A DNA stretch of 64,000 bases, from NCBI GenBank assembly GCA_000004695.1, contig CM000152.2, positions 128,001-192,000 of the forward strand, in the 5' to 3' direction. This document shows, one piece after another, positions 54,606-64,000 of this stretch (positions are counted from its first letter, which is position 1; every line of letters starts with the position of its first letter). Source of the DNA: Dictyostelium discoideum (taxonomy: Eukaryota). The translations under genes and the position numbers were made by a program. Under the pieces are notes generated by a model. The model worked only from the letters and a program-made list of their open reading frames with translations, did no database searches and had not been told where the DNA came from.

Positions 54606-54764
54606 TGTATATAATAGGCTTTATTTATATGTAAAAAAAAATAAAAAAATAAAAAAATATATGTAATATATAAATGAAGGTGTTATATATTAACAATTTA
54701 AATTGGTGGTTTAAAAAAAAAAAAAAAAAAAAAATTTGTAAAAAAAAAAAAAAAAAAATCAAAA

Positions 54765-54800
<36 letters not shown>

Positions 54801-55062
54801 CAAATTATTCACAATTTCGATCAGTGATCACAAAATGGTTTAACACACAAGCAATCAAAGAAAAAAAAATGAAAAAAAAATAAAAAAAAAATAAAAAATA
54901 AAAAAATGAGACTTTTTGGTTTTTTTCAAAAAAAAAAAAGAAAAAACTTTTTAAATTATCTCTATTTTTTATTTTAAAAACTAATATTATTATTATTATT
55001 TTATCACAACTATATTATTACTCTATATTACTATATTTTATTATTCTATTATTACTATTATA

Positions 55063-55068
<6 letters not shown>

Positions 55069-55147
<79 letters not shown>
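55069..55147. repeat. (TTA)n microsatellite of about 26 units, intergenic between the EF-hand repeat gene and naa50.
   Basis: Pure run. Confidence 0.85.
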
Positions 55148-55152
<5 letters not shown>

Positions 55153-55213
55153 TATTCTTTTTTTTTTTTTTTTTTTATTAATTGTGTAAAAAAAAAAAAA
55201 AAAAATAAAACTT

Positions 55214-55262
<49 letters not shown>

Positions 55263-55266
<4 letters not shown>

Positions 55267-55872
55267 TCTTGTTTGGTATTATCATCTTTTTTTTCATCGG
55301 AAGTTATCATTTTCTTGGACATAACATAACAATCAGCTGGTTGAATATTACGATAATAATTATTAATAGTTGATTCGATTGAGAAAGAAAACTTTTTATA
55401 AAAATCGATTGCATCTGAACCAACTTGAACATGTAATGATATTTTTTCATATTTTTCAGTTTTACATAATTCTTCAATGTATTCCAATAATTTACGACCA
55501 ATACCTAAATTTCTATATTGAGCTAAAACACAAAATGTCATTATATATAAAGATGGTTGTTCACCTTGAACTTGTGATTGATCAATTTTACAACATACTG
55601 CACCAACCATAATATCATTGAAAAATGCTATATAAAAATTTATTATTATTATTAATATATAATTTCATTTTTTTTTTTTTTTTTTTTTTTGTATTTTAAT
55701 TAATATGTGTGTTTTAGTATTACTTACCTAATTTTGAAACAAAACCAGTGGATAATAATTTTGAATAGAATTTTTCTTCATATGAAACTGGAAGTGTAGT
55801 ATTATTTAATAATACTAATTGACCAAGATTCTTGTCTGTCAAATCTCCTAATTCAATTAAATTTTTGCCCAT
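55263..55872 (-). CDS. naa50: N-alpha-acetyltransferase 50 (Naa50 / NAT5 / San), NatE catalytic subunit, 169 aa, 2 exons.
   Basis: join(55872..55728,55627..55263) on the minus strand; the intron is 100 bp (G|GTAAGT..tatatag), phase 1. Protein: MGKNLIELGDLTDKNLGQLVLLNNTTLPVSYEEKFYSKLLSTGFVSKLA|FFNDIMVGAVCCKIDQSQ...LYIMTFCVLAQYRNLGIGRKLL...HVQVGSDAIDFYKKFSFSIEST.NNYYRNIQPADCYVM. This is collinear with human NAA50 (MKGSRIELGDVTPHNIKQLKRLNQVIFPVSYNDKFYKDVL...[39 protein letters not shown]...) and has the same 169-aa length. Confidence 0.9.
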
Positions 55873-55922
55873 TTCGATCGATATTTATGAGTGTGGTGAT
55901 TATTCGTTTTGAAATGAAAATG

Positions 55923-55958
<36 letters not shown>

Positions 55959-56301
55959 AAAAAAAAAAAAAAAAAAAAAATTTAAAAATAAAAATAAAAA
56001 TAAAAATTCAATTTCCCATCAATTGTTAACAATCAAATATAAAAAAAATAATAAAAAAAAAAAAAAAAAAATAGTTATAATTTCAATGAAAAAAAAAAAA
56101 AAAAATGAAATTTTTAAAAGGTTTCCAAAAACGACAAAGAATAAAAGATTCATAAAACAAAACTAATAAAAAATAAAATAAAAAAAAAAAACAATTGTTT
56201 AATAAAAAAAAAAAACCTTTTTTTCCATTATTTTTATTATTATTTTTTTTTTAATAAAAATTTTTTTATTTGTATATTAAAAAAAAAAAAAAAAAATAAT
56301 A

Positions 56302-57878
<1,577 letters not shown>

Positions 57879-58226
57879 ATATCTAAACAAAAATAGGAAA
57901 TTTTTCCAAATATATCTCAAATTAAAAATAGAAAAATAAAAATAAAAATAAAAAATAAAAAAAAAGATTTATTATTTTTTTTTTTTTGGAATTATTCATA
58001 TTTTTTTTTTTTATTTTTTTTTTTTTTGTCAGTTTTTTTTTCGTAAAAATATTTAAACGCTGAATTTTTTATTTTTTATTTTTTTTTTTTTTTTTTTTTT
58101 TTATTGTCTAACCAAACGATCATTTATTATTTATATTAATTAATAAATAAATAAATTAAAAAAATATAAAAAACACCCCACAGATACACACACACACACC
58201 CACATAAAACATAAATATATATAAAG

Positions 58227-59053
58227 ATGACATCTATACTTTTTGAAGACACTTTTGAAGTCAAAGAAATTGATCCAGATGGAAAAAAGTTCGACAGAGG
58301 TATGTTGATGATCTTTTACATCTTCAACAAAAACCACAACAACAACATTATATATTAAAAAAAAAGTAATATTATTTTTATTAAGATTTTCTTTTTTATT
58401 AACATTCTTTTTTTTTTTTTTATTTACTTTTTTTAATAATAAAAATAGTTTCTAGATTCGTATGTTATAGTGAAAATTATGAAATGGATTTACAAATTGA
58501 TATTGCAACACATATTTATCCATTAGGACATGAAAGATTTAAAATGGTTTTAGCATCATCATTAAATTTAGATGGTTCATCAGATAATAGTGGTTCATAC
58601 GATACTAATAAACCATCTTTAGCTGATAAATATGATTATGTTATGTATGGTAAAATTTTTAAATATCAAAAAGAAAACTCTTCTTCAAAAGTGTAAGTTT
58701 TTGAAAATAATAAAAAACACACAAATTTTCTATACCCCCTATATCATTTTTGATCAAATCAACAAACAAATTCAATAAAACCATATTCACACAATACCAT
58801 ATACATACATACATATGTAACACATCAATACCTACCATTCTATACCATACATCACACATACACCACACATAAATCAAATATACCTTTCACTAGATCAAAA
58901 AAAAAAAATAATACTAATATGAACTTATTAAATTATTTTAGGTCTGTTTTTGCATCATTTGGTGGTTTATTGGTTCTCCTTCAAGGTGACCCAAGATACT
59001 TACCAGGTATTGAATTAGATGCTCGTATTTATTTATTAATTAAAAAAGCTTAA
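58227..59053 (+). CDS. rpb8: DNA-directed RNA polymerases I, II and III subunit RPABC3 (Rpb8 / POLR2H), 142 aa, 3 exons.
   Basis: join(58227..58299,58449..58692,58942..59053). Intron 1 is 149 bp (G|GTATGT..aaaatag) and intron 2 is 249 bp (GT|GTAAGT..attttag); phases 1 and 2 were verified. Protein: [24 protein letters not shown]|[39 protein letters not shown]...[20 protein letters not shown]|[37 protein letters not shown]. It is collinear with human RPB8 ([44 protein letters not shown]...FEYVMYGKVYRI...[38 protein letters not shown]). Confidence 0.9.
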
Positions 59054-59949
59054 AACCAATAGATAAAATAAATAAATAAATAAAAAAAAAAAAATAAAAA
59101 AAAATTTAATAAAGATAAATACACGTGTAGATTTATTAAATACATTAATAATAAATATGGAACACATAATTATATTTAGATATACTAACTTTTATTATGT
59201 AGTATAAGCCAACAAAACTTATACCAAATTTTAGTATTTTGAATTTTTATTTTTATCTCATCAATTTCATTATTACCAAAAAAAATTGTAATAACGCCTC
59301 CGATTGATGAATTTGAAACCATTGTTGATTTTAAAACAATTATGTATAAAAATGAAATTATTGTTAAAATTGTTAATTATAGATCACCTGCTCAAAATAA
59401 TAACAATAAAATATCATTTAAATTATTGTTAACATACAATAAAGAGATTGTCTTTAAGAATTCATTTTAATCATTTTTTTTTTAATTAAATTTAACTTGA
59501 AAATTTATTAATGGTTGGATTTAGATGATTAAGGAAAATAGCAAAAAATAAATGGAAGTGTAAAAATGTTGATGATTTTAAAGATGGTAAATCAAAATTT
59601 GAATGATAAATAGTTTTAAATTAACTAATAGTTCTTTTAACTTTAAAAAAATTACTTATGTAGTTTTTGAAATTAATGGAATAGTTTTTAAATACCAAAA
59701 TTAACTGTTTGGTTATTAAGATTAATTGTAAAAGTGATTAAATTAAATATGAAATTTTGGACAAAAAAAAAAAAAAAAGAAAAATTTATATAAATTATAT
59801 TTTTCAAAAGACTAGTAATAAATATAATATTTATTATAATTTGAATTTTTTTTTTTTTTTAATTTAATATACTATAACAACATTTTGGTTTTTTTTTTTT
59901 TTTATTTTTTTTTAAATCTAAAAATGGAATAAATAATGAATGACTAAAT

Positions 59950-61267
59950 TTATTTAGTCATTTCAACTTGCCATAATGAAGCGAAAAGGGTTAAAACCAT
60001 CTTTGGTTTAACTTCAACAATATCTTCTGGAAGAGCGAAAACAACAGCACCAACTTTACGAGCGGTAGAAACAGCGAGTTTAGCATTTAATAAGTTATCT
60101 TCAGCAGAACCAGAGGTAGCAACTAAAGCTGGATCAACTGAACCTGGTCTAACAGCTTCAATGACATCCAAGATTGGAATACCGGTAGAGATGGTGGAAT
60201 CTTTGAAACCAGAGATTTGTTTCTTACCAGCGGCAGAGAGTTTAGAGTTTGTCCAATTGACGATATCAGCATCAGCGATTGGTTTACCAGAACCAGAGAG
60301 AGCAGTCAAGATGGAAATAACATGACCTCTCATCAATTGCCATAAGATTGAGAGGGTGAGAGTCTTATTTTTATCATAGACATTCTTACCATCGATACCA
60401 ACCAAAGAGTATTTACAATCTTTACCAAGTTGAATGGCGTAATTACAATTTTCAATCTTTTTCATTTCAGCACCCATTGCCTTGTATGGTGGATAGTTGA
60501 CTTTCTTATGATCGACGAGACCTGGGTAAATCTTATCGAATAATTGAATTAAGATTAAACCATCATAGGTACCTTCGTAGAGATTGTTAACGAATGGATC
60601 TACACCTAAAGAATTCATCCAATTACGGAAAGTCTTTTCTTCACGAGTCTCTTCAATTATAACAACATCTTCAACTGGTTCCAATGCTGGATGAGTATTG
60701 AAAAGATTGGCAACGAATGCTAAATTAAGTTTTTGGAAACCAGTTACGATATCCTTTGGTTTAAGGAACTTCTTACAACCTAATTTATCGGCATTCTCTA
60801 AAACTTTAACAGCACGTTGATCTAAATTTGAGATATTCAAAGCAGAGGTTTCGACACCAGCATCCTTTGGTGCGATTTGTTTCAAAAGGATTGTATAACA
60901 TTCTGAATCTTTAATATCACCAGAGAAATTCTTTACTCTTCTTTGTGAGCCAGCAGCGGCTAAATGATAATTGAACCATCTCAATAAGATCTCTTCAACT
61001 GGAAGTTTCAATAAATCTTCAATTGTTTCACCATCATGTAAAAGACGATACAACTCTGGATGATTAGTTAAATTAATACGTGCGAATAAACCAATCTTAA
61101 TAATTTGCCATGTTAAACCCATAATTAAATGAGCTCTACCTTCAACTAAATCACCTGCACCAATATTAACAACATTACAACCAATTGCTTTTGCTGAATT
61201 AATACAAAGTACTTGATTTTCATTAATACGGAATGCATTTAAATTCTTTTTATTTAAAACACGTTCT

Positions 61268-61314
<47 letters not shown>

Positions 61315-61871
61315 TTTAATATTATTATTTATATATATTTATATATATATTTACCATCAATTGTATCTGGTACAGCATCATTAATTAATTTACATAATAA
61401 TAAACCATCATTACATGCTGCAAAGAATTTATCACCATCTTCTGGAATTGGTAATCTTGATTTGAGATCAACATCTTTTGCTAAACAATTGTTAATCCAA
61501 TCAATGTAGGCAACTTTCTCTTCATCGGAATAGGAATGTTGTACACCAGATGCTGTTGAACCAGAATAACCACCAATGGTATTGACAGCGCCAACTTTTT
61601 TAACAGCTGATGCAAATGCTGGTGATGCATTGGCAGAGTGTTGTCTTGCTTTTTGCATAACTTGGAGGAACTCTTTGAAATCAATTGAACCATTTCCATC
61701 GGTATCAACTTCTTTAATCATATCTCTAACTTCGACACCAGTTACTTTTTCACCACATTTGGTTAAAATCTTTTGTAATTCTAATGCACTAATTTGACCA
61801 TCACCATTTTCATCAAATTGATTAAAACTTGCTTTAAATTCTGAAATTTCTGATTCACTAAAGTTTGTCAT
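59950..61871 (-). CDS. fimA: Fimbrin / plastin: two N-terminal EF-hands plus four calponin-homology domains, 610 aa, 2 exons.
   Basis: join(61871..61355,61265..59950) on the minus strand; the intron is 89 bp (G|GTAAAT..ttaaatag), phase 1. Lengths 517+1316 nt give 610 aa, the length I recall for D. discoideum fimbrin. EF-hands: FDENGDGQISALEL and DTDGNGSIDFKEF. CH domains: EKVAYIDWINNCLAKD, LLLCKLINDAVPDTIDG|ERVLNKKNLNAFRINENQVLCINSAKAIGCNVVNIGAGDLVEGRAHLIMGLTWQII. The C-terminus NAKLAVSTARKVGAVVFALPEDIVEVKPKMVLTLFASLW matches plastin [39 protein letters not shown]. Confidence 0.95.
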
Positions 61872-62300
61872 GTTTTTTTTTATAAAAATTGAAAAAAAAA
61901 AAAAAAAAATCTATTTATAGAATTATTTTAATTTAAAATTTAAAATTTAAAATTTAGTATAAAAATTAAAAAAATTATTTTATTTTTTTTTTTTTATTTT
62001 ATTTTTTAAGAATTTCACACCTACAAATATTTATATCAATAATGAAGAAAAAAAAAAAAAAAAAATTATGATTTTATAATTTCAACTTAAAAAAAAAAAA
62101 ATATTTTAAAAAAAAAAAAAAACCCAAAAAAAAAAAAATCAAAATAATTTTATTTGAATTTGATGGTTGGTTGATTATTAAAAAAAAAAAAATAAAAAAA
62201 AAACTATGTATAAAATGGGAAGGGGTATGGCAAAAAATGTTTTTTTTTTTATTTTTTTTAAATTTTTTTTTTTTTTTATTTTTAGTTATTTGAACCATTA

Positions 62301-62340
<40 letters not shown>

Positions 62341-62689
62341 AGGGAAAGATCCAATTTTATCAACAATCGTTTAGTCATATTTTTATTATAATAAAGAAAT
62401 AATAATTTTACTATATCTCATTTGAAATTTTTTTTTTTTTTTTTAAAATTGTTTTGTTTTAAAAAATTAAAATTTGAACTTCATTTTTTTAATTAAAATT
62501 CCAATCTCAATCCCTAGTAATTTCCAAAAAAAAAAAAAAAAAAAAAGAAAAATGGACTTTATTTCAAACTAAATTATTTTTTATTTTTTTAATCTTTCCA
62601 GATTTATTTTTTATTTTTACCAATTTAGGCAATAATTATAATAATAATAATAAAATTAAAAATAATAATAATAATAATAAAAATAAAAA

Positions 62690-62765
<76 letters not shown>

Positions 62766-62793
62766 TATAATATAAATAATAATAATAGTAAAA

Positions 62794-63792
62794 ATGAGTG
62801 AAACATTTTCTTATTGGATAGAAGATAATATATATCCTAAAAAATGGGATATTATTTATAAACAAAGAGAAAATCAAGTTTTTTTAATTAAAATTAATAA
62901 AGGATCAAGTGAATATATAATAGTTTCAGAAAGATTTAATGAAACTATGAGTAATTCATTTGAAATTATTAAAATAGAAAGAATTCAAAATAAAAGTTTA
63001 TGGAGAAATTTTGATGAATCAAGAAAAAGGTTAAATGAGAAATATCAAGTTTCAAATTTAGATTTCCTTGAAAGTACTTTATTCCATGGCACTAGAGCTA
63101 ATGATCCAAAATTAATATTTTCATCAAAAGTTGGATTCGATATCGGTAAATCTTCATTTGGTAATTATGGCATTGGTTTATATTTTGCATTAAATGCAAG
63201 TTATTCCAATAATTATAGTTTTGAAGAATCACCAACCAGTGGTTGTAAACAAATGTTTCTATGTAGAGTATTATTAGGCAATAGTGCACCTCCAACTCAA
63301 AAAGAATTAAAAAATGATAGTACTCAAGATAGTATAAAAGGACCAGGAGGTGAAATGTTCATTTTAAAATCAAATCATACTGCATATCCTGATTATTTAA
63401 TTTCATACCGTCAAAAAGTAATCGTTAATAATAACACTAACAACAATAATAAAAATAAAAATAAAAATAATAATAAAAATAATAATAAAAATATTAAAAT
63501 TCAAAATGAAAATAAAAATGAAAATAAAATTGAAAATAAAAATGAAAATGAAAATCAATTTGATAATTATGGTTTCAATACTAATTTTAGTCAAAATCTT
63601 TATGATAAATATGGTTTAAAATATCCAAGTCAAGAAAAACCAAAACCTGGATTTTTCACTCCAAATAAAGAATTGGAATATGAAATATTCCCTCTTTTAT
63701 TTGAAAAAAATGAAAAAGAAGAAGAATTAGAAGAATTAGAAGATTATCAATTAGCTTTATTATTATCAACTAGTTCTTTAGGGTCAAAATAG
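62794..63792 (+). CDS. PARP catalytic-domain (ADP-ribosyltransferase) protein with an uncharacterised N-terminal region and an Asn/Lys-rich C-terminal tail, 332 aa.
   Basis: Single ORF. Catalytic signature: LFHGTRANDPKLIFSSKVGFDI (His of the H-Y-E triad), NYGIGLYFALNASYSNNY (Tyr), QMFLCRVLLGNS, GGEMFILKSN (Glu-equivalent of the tankyrase AEYVIYR / PARP1 NEYIVYD motif) and HTAYPDYLISYRQK. It is very close to the tankyrase region QAYPEYLITYQI. The triad appears complete. Confidence 0.75.
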   Translation: MSETFSYWIEDNIYPKKWDIIYKQRENQVFLIKINKGSSEYIIVSERFNETMSNSFEIIKIERIQNKSLWRNFDESRKRLNEKYQVSNLDFLESTLFHGTRANDPKLIFSSKVGFDIGKSSFGNYGIGLYFALNASYSNNYSFEESPTSGCKQMFLCRVLLGNSAPPTQKELKNDSTQDSIKGPGGEMFILKSNHTAYPDYLISYRQKVIVNNNTNNNNKNKNKNNNKNNNKNIKIQNENKNENKIENKNENENQFDNYGFNTNFSQNLYDKYGLKYPSQEKPKPGFFTPNKELEYEIFPLLFEKNEKEEELEELEDYQLALLLSTSSLGSK

Positions 63793-64000
63793 GTTAAAAA
63801 AAAAAAAAAAAAAAAAAAATATTCAACTTGTTTGTGGTATAGTTATCATTAAAAACATTTAATATTTCACTTCCCCTTATTATTATATTATATATTATTA
63901 AATAAAGTTTTTAATTTTTTAATTTTTAATTATTTTATTTTATATTTTTTTTTATTTTATTTTATTTTTTTTTATAACCATTTTGCTCTTTTAAATAAAC

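Noticed and set aside
58140-58877. ORFs 58140..58337- and 58659..58877-
   Set aside because: They overlap the rpb8 5' region and intron 2 (CA-rich) on the wrong strand, with no support.
61481-61797. ORFs 61481..61708- and 61576..61797+ inside fimA exon 1
   Set aside because: They are off-frame or antisense. The fimbrin frame is validated by EF-hand and CH motifs and by the 610-aa total.
62074-62877. ORFs 62074..62304-, 62206..62391+ and 62656..62877-
   Set aside because: They are AT-rich promoter DNA and the (AAT)n repeat upstream of the PARP gene.
63098-63594. Minus-strand ORFs inside the PARP gene
   Set aside because: They are antisense. One is an Ile/Phe reading of the AAT/AAA-rich tail.

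Overview
The window is AT-rich (about 75-80% A+T) eukaryotic nuclear DNA, not prokaryotic. The evidence is short GT..AG introns (70-250 bp, donors GTAAGT/GTATGT), coding (AAT)n poly-Asn and (CAA)n poly-Gln tracts, and long poly-A/T intergenic runs. Together with a 610-aa fimbrin and an SAHH paralog, this points to Dictyostelium discoideum chromosomal sequence. I reconstructed about 27 protein-coding genes by hand-splicing the ORF track, checking every junction for GT/AG and phase. They are: an ARM-repeat 3' fragment, NBAS/Sec39, UDP-glucose pyrophosphorylase, a MOSC protein, a secreted beta/gamma-crystallin, two tandem atypical Rho GTPases, an ankyrin + PI3/4-kinase-like + LRR giant, SCAI, a profilin-like protein, a DnaJ protein, mitochondrial bL33 (absent from the ORF track), SmD1, an F-box/LRR-like protein, a Sec14/CRAL-TRIO protein, a repeat-rich EF-hand protein built from reiterated mini-exons, Naa50, an SAHH-like paralog, Rpb8, fimbrin and a PARP-domain protein. 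Several low-complexity hypotheticals complete the set. I found no rRNA, tRNA, CRISPR or obvious transposon. The most unusual items are as follows. (i) Two genes carry -1 frameshifts in T/A homopolymer runs, SAHH-like at 56541 and the ankyrin/kinase-like/LRR gene near 29861-29960. (ii) The SAHH paralog has lost its catalytic and NAD-contact motifs and carries a roughly 50-Asn insertion. (iii) The tandem Rho pair lacks the catalytic Gln; one copy has a degenerate P-loop and the other a non-canonical splice donor. (iv) A gene of 9 exons encodes G/Y/P/Q repeats plus a C-terminal EF-hand pair through duplicated phase-1 mini-exons. (v) A 9-bp minisatellite sits next to an inverted repeat. (vi) A 3.6-kb gene-free interval contains microsatellites and G/T-rich blocks. 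All product calls rest on motifs recalled from memory, not database searches.
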